From: Dehalococcoidia bacterium
Lineage (GTDB): Bacteria > Chloroflexota > Dehalococcoidia > UBA2979
Assembly: GCA_964291495.2 (NCBI GenBank)
Contig: OZ219871.1
Location: forward strand, 800,001-864,000
Length of the DNA stretch: 64,000 bases
Direction of reading: 5' to 3'
Position 1 is the stretch's first letter. Each line of letters opens with the position of its first letter. Both the position numbers and the translations under genes were made by a program. Of the stretch, positions 36,409-44,595 are shown piece after piece. The notes beneath the pieces were generated by a model that did not search any database, was not told the origin of the DNA, and was given only the letters and a program-made list of their open reading frames with translations.

Positions 36409-39400
36409 CTACTCGCCTGGACCGGAAATCGTGAACTCCAGCCGGTCGGAGAGCTTCCCGCCGGATCCCGTGCAGACCGCGCCCCGCACGCCGCAGTCCG
36501 TCGCGGCGGGCAGCACGATGGTCACATCGCCAGTACCGTCCGGCGTTACGGTTATCTGCCAGTGAATGTTGCGGGTGGCGCTGTGACGATCCATGCGCCG
36601 CACCTCCGTTACCTGCCCACCCGTCACTGTGAGTGCATCGTCCCTCAACGTGAGGTAGCTGAGGCCCGCGATATGCTCGCTGAACCGCAGCTCGAAGGTG
36701 AACGCCGTCTGGCCGTCGTGGCTCTGCGGCGGGTTCTCCAGGCGGGCGGTCAGGTGTTCCGCGGCCGCCACCGTGAAGGAGACTTCGAGTGTTCCGAGTA
36801 CGTTGCCGCCGAGAGCCCGCCCCGAGTAGGCCGTCGCCCGGAGGAAGTAGCTGCCGACCGGCAGGGGCTGGCCGTTCAGCCCGCCCTCGCTGTCCCCGTA
36901 GAGCGAATAGGGAGCGTAGTTCTCCGTCTGCGAGACCGTCTTGGCACCGGAGAGCTCCAGCCGGACGCTCCCTACGCGTACGCGGTAGTCGGTCTCCACC
37001 CGGATGCCAAAGGCGCCGTTGTCGGGGTCGCTCAGCCTCAGCGCGGCCCCGCCAGTGAGGGCTCCCAGCACCTGCTGGTTCGCGGCGTTCACCACCGTGA
37101 AACCGGTCAGAGGGTCAGGCGGCGTCACCGCCGCCGTCATGTCGCTGGTGAGCTTTTCGTCGAAGTTGTTGTTGTCGAGGAAGGAGACCTCCACCCCGAT
37201 CCTGCTGCCCCTGTCGGCGTCCCGCAGGGTGTAGCTGGAAGCGGTCGCTCTGTAGATGCGACGCTCGGTCCCCCCATTGCTGCGGATCCACTGGTACTTG
37301 AGGAGGGCTCCGTCCATGCCGTTGGCGTCGGCGATGCCTGACACGTCAGCCGTCAGCGTCTCGCCGGTCTCGACCGTACCGCTGATCGTGGGCTTGCCCG
37401 TGGCCGGGGTATTCTGGACGGACTCTCCTAGGACCAGGCTCACCTCCACCTCGTCTCCGTGCGTCCACCCCAGGCCGGGATCCGCCCACCGGAACCGGTA
37501 GGGTGACTCGTTGACCCTCTCTGCCGAGGCTTCACCTGAGGCAAACTCTTCGTCGCCCACCCGCAACACGAAGGCGTAGTCGAACATCTTGGACATGCCG
37601 AAGTTCAGTTCGCTGTCCATGAGCAGGACGTAGTAGACCGTGTGGGTCGCTCCGTCCACCTCAAACCTAGTTTCCGACAGGGCGCCCAGTGTCGGTTGGC
37701 CGAACAACGTGTAGCCGCTTGCGCTGCGTCTGGTCTCCACGGTCAGCGTCGCCGTCCATGCCGCCGCTGGGCCCGACTCAGGTGCCGCCGAGACCTCGGC
37801 CGACGGCGAACCCTCGCCCACATCGTTGACGGCAATGACCCGCACCGCGTATTCCACCCCGCCCGTCAGCCCGCTGAGGGTGTGGGCAGGGCCGGTGGCG
37901 GTCTCCTCGGAAACGTCCGGCAGGGTGTCCCAGCTGCCCGAGGCATCCTTCCACTGCACCCTGTAGTGGGTGATGTCGGAGCCACCGTCGCTTACGGGCG
38001 CGTGCCAGGACAGATCCAGGGCCCCCGCATCGTGCGGAGACGCTTTCAGGTGTTGCGGCGCCCCCGGTACGGTGGCTGCAACCGCAGTAGTGGACGCACT
38101 CGTCAGGGATTCCTCGTTGTCGGCACCGTCTCTAAAACTCACCCGCACCTTGATGGTCTTGCCCGCATCGTCGTCGGACAGCACATACGTTGAGTCCGTC
38201 GCGCCACTGATGTCCACGTCGGTGTTCCCGTGGTTGGCAATCCACTGGTAGATAAAGGTGGCGTTGTCCAGCCCGTCGGCGTCGGCGATGCCTGACACGT
38301 CAGCCGTCAGCGTCTCGCCGGTCTCGACCGTACCGCTGATCGTGGGCTTGCCCGTGGCCGGGGCGTTGGGAGCTTCCGCAGCAATAGTCGCAAACCGTGC
38401 GATACGTGCCGAAATCGTCTGGCCGTCCTCCCAATCGACATCGACATCCTCCCAGGTAAAGTTGCTATCTCCTGGGTCTAGTTCCACCACTAAGTCTCCA
38501 ACTTGGAGGGTCAGATCCGCCGTGCCTGGAACGCCCTCAGAAAACGCTAAGCGTAGCTGGCGCTCCGGGGTGTAGTACCACAGCCACTTTGCCTGGAGGA
38601 CAGAACTGCCGCCGATATTCGAGAAGAGATCGGCGCGGACTGCGCCAATGGCACCATTGCCGAGGTCCACCACGGACATATCCGCCGACCACACCGGAAT
38701 TTCTCCCTTAACTGCCGCCGTTGATGCGCTGGATAAGGACTCCTTATTGCCACGGTCGTCAGTGAAGTTGACCCGAACTCTGATGGTCCTGCCTTCGTCG
38801 CCGGGTTCCAAGGGGTAGGTCGATCCCACGGCGTCTTGGATGTCCGTGTCCCCGGTTCCGTCGTTTTGAATCCACTGGTATTCGAAGATGGTGTCGGCGA
38901 GGCCATCGGGATCGGCGATCTCAGACGTGTCCACCGTCAGCGTCTCGCCAACCCTTGGGGTTCCGCTAATGATGGGTTCGCCGCTCGCAGGACCGTTATC
39001 AAAGCGCGAATCTTCGGTGAAGACCCAAGGTCGGGCCTGTTTGATCGAGAGAACATCCTCGCTCGTGATTTTGAACTCAATCTCGATGGCGAACAGATCA
39101 TCGGCTTCGATCCCGTAGAGTTCCGCGAGTTCGTCGTGGATCACTTCGAGGTGGCTGCGCAACTGAACCATTTGGGCATCGCTCATCAGGAGTTGCCCTC
39201 GCGCCACCTGATTGGAGGTCGCAAGAACTTCATACGTACCGGACCCGTGTAACAGAATCTCCTCGGGTATCGAGCGTGCCTCCGGGTTGGTCACCAAGTC
39301 CTCGCCGAGCTGCGTGTTGACGTAGTAGGCCCCATCTGTGCCACGTATAGGGTCGAAGCTGACGGCGACGCCATTGGCCCGCTCGTCGGAGAAGTTGGGA

Positions 39401-41385
39401 TGTACTAGCACTCCCATCGCCGTGATCATGTGGTCGATGCGGTGGAACTCACGCTCGGTGAAGGCCCGGAAGTTCCAGAGGCTGGCGTACACCTGCTTGA
39501 GGGACTTGTCGATGCCTTCTTCCGCGGTCTCATCCGGCTTCTGGGTCTTGGAGTCGTACAGCCCCGCGCCGCTGAATCCGGGAAGGTCCTCGTTGTTCGT
39601 GCTCGACCGGTAGCGCAGCGACTGACCTTCCGGGTAGGTGGCGTGCATCTCCTCCAGTGCTTCGACGATCCACACCGGCGTCTCACCGTTCTTGATCTTC
39701 TTGCGGAGCTTCTTGAGCTCCGACGCCTGGGTGTCGTAGTCAGACTGGAAATTAGGGTCAACCAGCATCTCTTCGATGTCGTCGTAGAACCCGTTGTGCT
39801 TCATGAACTCGTCGTAGAAATAGAACGGCACGGCGAACCCATCCGGGACGGTACCCTCAGGGAAGCCGAGTGTGCGGAGAACGGCCATATTCGCCGCCTT
39901 GACGCCGAAGGCGTCCCAATCGTCGAATGCAACGTCGTTGAGGGCGGTGATCTGTGTGACCGTCAGATCCCGCTCCGGCGTCTGGGGCTCTGATGGACGG
40001 GAACCGGCATAGTGAGCATCGACCTCTTCCGGTGTTGCCGCGCGGATTGTGTAGCCCGACTCGTCCACTGTGTAGTGGACATAGCTGCCGATGAGATCAC
40101 CAATGTCGTGATCGTGGAGGGCGTCGCGGATGAAGGCGTTGGGGGCGCCGTCTTGCACCGCCCGCAGGTTAACGTGCGACAGCGGGGTTTGAGGCACGGT
40201 CGTTATGATGCCCGCGACGCGCGATAGCTCGTTAGGCAAGGTCTCGTAGATCACGATGTCGCGAGGGTTTGGCCTTTCCTCCAGGGTCATTAGCCGTAAT
40301 GCGCCGTACCCTTGGCCCCGATTGAGCAAGACGAAGTCGACATCGGGGAGGATGTCGTCCTCGGCCAGCACAGTGACTCGGGAATCCTTGTAGAGCGCCT
40401 CTTCTTCTTTATACAGCTGCAGCGCTCGTCCTGGCAGTGGGTAATAGGAAAGGTTGTTCTCGATCAGCGGCATGCTAGCCGCTAAGAGCTCGTACGAGTG
40501 GCTAACATCCGCGAAGTGGACGGCGCTCACGGGCTCGAATTCGAATCGGTATACGCCAAGCGAACCATCAGGGGCAACGATATTGGGATGAAATACGATC
40601 ACTCCCCTCAACGTCCCTTGAAACCGATGCCAGCGAGGGTCGCTCCAAAGGTCGGTGGCTGACTCGAACTGGAAATGTGCTCGGTGTGTCTCAGTGTTTT
40701 GGAAATAGATACCAGGATGGTTGGTGTCCATCCCGAACAGCACGAACTTCACGAACTCTAGACCGACTAGATGCGTGTCAATTGACACGGCTGCGCCCTT
40801 GTAAGAGAGCCCTTCAAACGTCTCTCGGTCAGGTATGGCTAGAGCGCCATTGGCAAATGAGATGACTGGGGCCGGGTTCAGCGGGTTTCTCCCTACCCTA
40901 TCCTGGAGTTCGGTGATGTCGTCGATGCAGTCGCCGTCGAGGTCCGCTGGCTCGGCGACCAGATGCCTCTCTATCCGGTAATGCTCCTTGGGCAGTGCTT
41001 CGAGTTCCTCCGTCAGCGTGGTCGTTCCCGCTTGGCCCAGCGTCACCGAAACCGCAATTTCCCGAGGGGAATCCAGATCAGGTCGTACAAAGAGCGCGAA
41101 GTACTGCTCGGTGGTGGACTCGACGACGATAGGAACGTCCTCAACCTCGACCTCCGTTGGCGTCGGCGCTGGGTTCGTTCCAGGGCACGCATCCTCCTCT
41201 GCGGGTTGCTGGGCGGAAGCAGTGGACCTAGGTAGGAGCAATTCTGGGTGGGAGACGGCCGCTACAGTGGCAGCGAGCACGACCAGACCGAACAATTGGA
41301 GCGCCTGCCGCCGGATCGACTTCCTCGGGTTCCGAGTCCCAAAGCGTCGATAAATGGAGTTATCCACGCTATAACTTCCCGGCAC
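36409..41385 (-). CDS. Large secreted protein: phosphohistidine swivel + PEP/pyruvate-dikinase ATP-grasp + Ig-like repeats + FN3
   Basis: Signal-like N-terminus (ASA-Q); IITTVPQTPLSHVNLRA; FGVKAAN, VPDGFAVP, RSSTNNEDLPGFSGAGLYDS, IEFK, QARP; three G.P.ISG...YQW repeats; FN3 (PGAP...W...Y.VRV.AVN). Confidence 0.85.
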   Translation of the reverse strand: MPGSYSVDNSIYRRFGTRNPRKSIRRQALQLFGLVVLAATVAAVSHPELLLPRSTASAQQPAEEDACPGTNPAPTPTEVEVEDVPIVVESTTEQYFALFVRPDLDSPREIAVSVTLGQAGTTTLTEELEALPKEHYRIERHLVAEPADLDGDCIDDITELQDRVGRNPLNPAPVISFANGALAIPDRETFEGLSYKGAAVSIDTHLVGLEFVKFVLFGMDTNHPGIYFQNTETHRAHFQFESATDLWSDPRWHRFQGTLRGVIVFHPNIVAPDGSLGVYRFEFEPVSAVHFADVSHSYELLAASMPLIENNLSYYPLPGRALQLYKEEEALYKDSRVTVLAEDDILPDVDFVLLNRGQGYGALRLMTLEERPNPRDIVIYETLPNELSRVAGIITTVPQTPLSHVNLRAVQDGAPNAFIRDALHDHDIGDLIGSYVHYTVDESGYTIRAATPEEVDAHYAGSRPSEPQTPERDLTVTQITALNDVAFDDWDAFGVKAANMAVLRTLGFPEGTVPDGFAVPFYFYDEFMKHNGFYDDIEEMLVDPNFQSDYDTQASELKKLRKKIKNGETPVWIVEALEEMHATYPEGQSLRYRSSTNNEDLPGFSGAGLYDSKTQKPDETAEEGIDKSLKQVYASLWNFRAFTEREFHRIDHMITAMGVLVHPNFSDERANGVAVSFDPIRGTDGAYYVNTQLGEDLVTNPEARSIPEEILLHGSGTYEVLATSNQVARGQLLMSDAQMVQLRSHLEVIHDELAELYGIEADDLFAIEIEFKITSEDVLSIKQARPWVFTEDSRFDNGPASGEPIISGTPRVGETLTVDTSEIADPDGLADTIFEYQWIQNDGTGDTDIQDAVGSTYPLEPGDEGRTIRVRVNFTDDRGNKESLSSASTAAVKGEIPVWSADMSVVDLGNGAIGAVRADLFSNIGGSSVLQAKWLWYYTPERQLRLAFSEGVPGTADLTLQVGDLVVELDPGDSNFTWEDVDVDWEDGQTISARIARFATIAAEAPNAPATGKPTISGTVETGETLTADVSGIADADGLDNATFIYQWIANHGNTDVDISGATDSTYVLSDDDAGKTIKVRVSFRDGADNEESLTSASTTAVAATVPGAPQHLKASPHDAGALDLSWHAPVSDGGSDITHYRVQWKDASGSWDTLPDVSEETATGPAHTLSGLTGGVEYAVRVIAVNDVGEGSPSAEVSAAPESGPAAAWTATLTVETRRSASGYTLFGQPTLGALSETRFEVDGATHTVYYVLLMDSELNFGMSKMFDYAFVLRVGDEEFASGEASAERVNESPYRFRWADPGLGWTHGDEVEVSLVLGESVQNTPATGKPTISGTVETGETLTADVSGIADANGMDGALLKYQWIRSNGGTERRIYRATASSYTLRDADRGSRIGVEVSFLDNNNFDEKLTSDMTAAVTPPDPLTGFTVVNAANQQVLGALTGGAALRLSDPDNGAFGIRVETDYRVRVGSVRLELSGAKTVSQTENYAPYSLYGDSEGGLNGQPLPVGSYFLRATAYSGRALGGNVLGTLEVSFTVAAAEHLTARLENPPQSHDGQTAFTFELRFSEHIAGLSYLTLRDDALTVTGGQVTEVRRMDRHSATRNIHWQITVTPDGTGDVTIVLPAATDCGVRGAVCTGSGGKLSDRLEFTISGPGE
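37324..38363. repeat. 86-bp identical direct repeat (37324-37409 and 38278-38363) within the Ig-like units
   Basis: Nucleotide-identical segments encoding PATGKPTISGTVETGETLTADVSGIADA. Confidence 0.85.
41343..41370. other. dif/Xer-like recombination site A (AGCGTCGATAA-ATGGAG-TTATCCACGCT)
   Basis: 11-6-11 dyad with arms 10/11 complementary and a TAA-N6-TTA core. Confidence 0.8.
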
Positions 41386-41582
41386 TGACGAATAGAAAGC
41401 GGCACCCGCCGGGAGGGACTACGATTGTCGAAGGCCACACTCACGGGGCTTCGTGCCCGCACGACCATCGCCAGCTTCCAAGCGCCGACCACGACTCACA
41501 CCGGGCTTGCCCGCTCGTCCTGGGCCTCGCACCTGGCCTGGATGCCGCCTGGGAGGCTCCCGCTGCTCGGGAAGAAGCGGCC

Positions 41583-42689
41583 GTGCCCGGTCCGGGTCGA
41601 GGAGCTGTGGCAGGCACGCCGGTGAGCGGGGGGTACGGAGAGGTTGGGCACGAGACGGGAGCCGCCGGCGGGGTGGCCACGGCCAACGCGCTCCTGGCCT
41701 CTCCGCCGCCACCCGACGTCGCCCCAACGGGCCATTCGCGGCCGGGTGCTGCGGCCCTGACCACGTCTGACGTTGACAACCTCAACGCGGTTCTTGACCA
41801 CGAAGTCGCCCGAAGCACCCTCAGGAACTACCGGGTCCAGTGGAAGAACTTCATCGCTTGGACGCTCAGGAAGGGCGTCTCGGCGCTCCCTGCCGACTCG
41901 GCGCAAGTCGCGGCGTACCTGGCCGAGCGGATCGAGGAGCAGGGACACAAACCGGCAACACTGCGGGTGGCTGCCTCCGCGATTGCCTTCGTGCATAAGA
42001 CGGCCGGCATGGGCGATCCCTGCGCTGGGCAGGAGGTGAAGAGGACACTCAAGGGCGCAACGCGGAAGGCGGGGCGATCGCAGAAGCAGGCGGAGGGGCT
42101 GACGGCCGACGCCCTGGCCGCGATCCAATCGACGGCTCGCAATCCAAGGACGGGCAGAGGAGGGAGGCTCGAGAGTCAAGGCACCGCCGAGAGCAGGGGG
42201 AACCTGGACATTGCGCTCATCAGCCTCATGCGCGACGCCATGCTGAGGGTGTCGGAAGCGGCCGCGTTGACATGGAACGACATTCGGACTGCGCGCGACG
42301 GGACGGGCCGCCTCCTGATCCGCCAGTCCAAGACGGACCCAGAGGGGGAGGGCGCGGTCGCGTTCGTATCGGCGCCCACAATGGCGATGCTTCGATTGAT
42401 ACGCCGAGGCGCGACCGACACCGACCGTGTATTCGGCCTTCGGCCCAACCAGATATCGAGGCGGATCAAGCAGGCGGCGCAGGTGGCGGGGCTCGGCAAT
42501 GGCTTCAGCGGCCACTCACCGCGGGTGGGCATGGCGCAGGATCTGGCGAGAGCGGGGATCGAACTACCGAGCTTGATGACTGCGGGGCGCTGGCGCACTC
42601 CCGCCATGCCGGCGCATTACACGCGCAATGAGTCTGCCGGCAGAGGGGCCGTGGCGCAGTTCTACGACACACACGCCCATCTGGCCTGA
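41583..42689 (+). CDS. Tyrosine recombinase (Cre-like; start may be GTG 41622)
   Basis: SAM-like N-terminal domain; catalytic R (LRVSE), K (SKTD), HxxR (HSPR), W (GRW), Y (HYTR). Confidence 0.92.
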   Translation: MPGPGRGAVAGTPVSGGYGEVGHETGAAGGVATANALLASPPPPDVAPTGHSRPGAAALTTSDVDNLNAVLDHEVARSTLRNYRVQWKNFIAWTLRKGVSALPADSAQVAAYLAERIEEQGHKPATLRVAASAIAFVHKTAGMGDPCAGQEVKRTLKGATRKAGRSQKQAEGLTADALAAIQSTARNPRTGRGGRLESQGTAESRGNLDIALISLMRDAMLRVSEAAALTWNDIRTARDGTGRLLIRQSKTDPEGEGAVAFVSAPTMAMLRLIRRGATDTDRVFGLRPNQISRRIKQAAQVAGLGNGFSGHSPRVGMAQDLARAGIELPSLMTAGRWRTPAMPAHYTRNESAGRGAVAQFYDTHAHLA

Positions 42690-42805
42690 CGGGGTGCACA
42701 CGCACTGCTGACCCCCGTTCGGTGAGCGGCGAGCGCAGGCCAATCCCGGACCGGACAACGAACTAGCGGTGGCGCGGAGGTCCATCAGATGGATCGATCA
42801 GATGG

Positions 42806-42886
42806 TTGCCCGCGCTGGTGGCTCCATGCTAGGTTGCTGTCATTGACGCCCTTACCGGTGGAGCATAGGAGGGGGCCAAAGCGATG
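42806..42886 (+). promoter_or_regulatory. Outward-facing promoter + RBS + ATG at the edge of the invertible segment
   Basis: TTGCCC (42806)-N18-TAGGTT (42830) with extended TG; AGGAGG at 42867; ATG at 42884 currently reads MYNSIYTL*. Confidence 0.6.
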
Positions 42887-42908
42887 TATAACTCCATTTA
42901 TACGCTCT
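42881..42908. other. dif/Xer-like recombination site B (GCGATGTATAA-CTCCAT-TTATACGCTCT)
   Basis: GTATAA/TTATAC dyad; the spacer is the reverse complement of the site A spacer. Confidence 0.75.
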
Positions 42909-43176
42909 GACATTTACGGAATAAATGCGAAGAAGAGTTTCTCGAAGTGACTGAATTGGCCTCACCACCGCGCTCCTTCCGAAGCTGGTCGTAGACCTCC
43001 TTTAGGACTCCCTTCTATCTTACTACGTGACATATAAAGCAGGGGTAACCGAGTCACAAAACGGCGGTAAACAAGACGGTGCCTTGCGTGGAACACGAGG
43101 CTCCGAGGAGCCGACGGCAAGTTCCCGCTGGTTGCCTCGCCGAACCCTGAGGGGCGAACCTACTGCCCGGCGCTTC

Positions 43177-43545
43177 TCACGCTCCGCTCCGCCTTCTCTT
43201 CCGGCGTTGCGCACGCACGAACCTGATGAAGTCGTGGATCGACTCGATGTCCTCTGGCGGGAGGCCGGCCACAGCGTCGCGGAATGACACCTCCGCCGCT
43301 TTGAGCAACTCCGACTCGACCACGGATTGCCCAAGGAGTTGGTCCGCGCTCGTCTCGCAGTGGAAGGCCACCTCGACGAGGTGCTCGTGCTGGGGCTTCA
43401 TGCGGCCTGCCTCCCAGGCCCATACGGTGTGCGAGGCCACGCCGACGAGCTCGGCGAGTTGTCGCTGAGTCAGCCCCACCTGCTTGCGTGCCTCGCGGAT
43501 ACGCCCTCCCAGGGCCTTCCAGCGGTAGCCACGGTCCCGGGTCAT
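43177..43545 (-). CDS. XRE-family (ImmR/CI-like) repressor
   Basis: RIREARKQVGLTQRQLAELVGV....V.AWEAG...P. Confidence 0.88.
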   Translation of the reverse strand: MTRDRGYRWKALGGRIREARKQVGLTQRQLAELVGVASHTVWAWEAGRMKPQHEHLVEVAFHCETSADQLLGQSVVESELLKAAEVSFRDAVAGLPPEDIESIHDFIRFVRAQRRKRRRSGA

Positions 43546-43611
43546 GCGTGGGGGCTCCTGCATCCTTCGCCTCGCCAGAAGACGCTCTCCAAGATGATAG
43601 AACACGCGTTC

Positions 43612-43650
43612 TTGACAGGCACTGTGTCCTTACATACAGTAGCACACTGT
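43612..43650 (+). promoter_or_regulatory. Sigma70 promoter with overlapping operator-like dyads
   Basis: TTGACA (43612)-N17-TACAGT (43635); ACTGT/ACAGT inverted repeats at 43621-43640 and 43636-43650. Confidence 0.75.
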
Positions 43651-43685
43651 CCAGACGCAGATCATCGAGGAGCCTACGCACCGCC

Positions 43686-43928
43686 ATGCGCCGCCGCCGA
43701 GCAGTGGTGACACTCAAGCCCGAACCGCTCTGGGAGCGATTGGCCGTCCTCGGCCGCTCCCAGAACTGGCTTGCGCGTGAGGCGGGCATCAGCCCCGGCT
43801 ACCTCTCCATGCTGGTCAACGGCAAGCGCGCACCATCGGGCCGCCTCCGTAGGCGGCTGCTGCATATCCTCGAGGTGGAGGACTTCCATGAGTTGTTCGC
43901 CCTCCGGACGCCGGCCGACGACTCGTAG
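43686..43928 (+). CDS. Cro-like XRE HTH protein
   Basis: SQNWLAREAGISPGYLSMLVNGKRAPS; GAGGAG RBS; divergent from the repressor. Confidence 0.85.
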   Translation: MRRRRAVVTLKPEPLWERLAVLGRSQNWLAREAGISPGYLSMLVNGKRAPSGRLRRRLLHILEVEDFHELFALRTPADDS

Positions 43929-43962
43929 GGCCGCTCCCCGGCTGCCCCGCTACAGCGGCCCC

Positions 43963-44238
43963 GTGATCGCCGGGCGTCGCGTGCCCTACGGCAGGGGCGA
44001 GTTGCCGGAGGACTTCCCGGACCGGCTTGAGCGCTTGAAGCGGGCCAGCGGCCTGAGCTGGGACGCGTTCGCGGAAGCCGCGGGTGTCGAACGCAAGCAG
44101 GTCCTCCGCTGGCGCCGGGGAACCGAGCCGAGCGGCAGCGCCTACCACGCTCTTGTCGAGCTGGCCCGCTGGATCCCTGGTGGCATCGAGATCCTCTTGG
44201 GCGAGGACTTCCTCGCACCCCGGACCGGAGCCAAGTGA
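43963..44238 (+). CDS. XRE HTH protein (start uncertain)
   Basis: DFPDRLERLKRASGLSWDAFAEAAGV....RWRRG..PS. Confidence 0.7.
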   Translation: MIAGRRVPYGRGELPEDFPDRLERLKRASGLSWDAFAEAAGVERKQVLRWRRGTEPSGSAYHALVELARWIPGGIEILLGEDFLAPRTGAK

Positions 44239-44501
44239 TGCCGCGTCGCCGACCGCGTCCCCGGCGGGCCTCCTACGTGTACCCCAACGACTTCGGGCAG
44301 AGCCTGGAGCGAATCAAACAGGCGTCGGGCCTCACCTGGGCGGAGCTCGCCCGTCAGCTCGGGACCACCACGCTCAACCTCTGGCGCTGGCGCAAGGGCG
44401 TGCATCCCAGTAGCCGCCACTTGCTCGCCCTCCAGGACCTCGCACGCCGCCTGGACCTCGCACACCTGCTGCCGAGAGCGAGGATCCGCAGGCGATTGTG
44501 A
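44235..44501 (+). CDS. XRE HTH protein, paralog of the upstream gene
   Basis: DFGQSLERIKQASGLTWAELARQLG....RWRKG..PS. Confidence 0.75.
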   Translation: MMPRRRPRPRRASYVYPNDFGQSLERIKQASGLTWAELARQLGTTTLNLWRWRKGVHPSSRHLLALQDLARRLDLAHLLPRARIRRRL

Positions 44502-44595
44502 ACATGAGCAGCACCATGCCCTCAGGCTGGGTCGCGCGAGGAGCACTTGCCGTCGGTCTTGGGGAACCGAAAGACAGGCGACGCGCCACCCCCGT

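Larger units (their letters stand above)
41343..42908. mobile_element. Putative invertible segment carrying its own tyrosine recombinase
   Basis: 14-bp perfect inverted repeat (41350-41363 / 42888-42901) including the asymmetric spacer. Confidence 0.75.

Noticed and set aside
41371-41378. ATAACTTC, resembling the start of a loxP arm, next to a Cre-like gene
   Set aside because: Only 8 bp with no symmetric partner arm; the 11-6-11 site beside it explains the locus better
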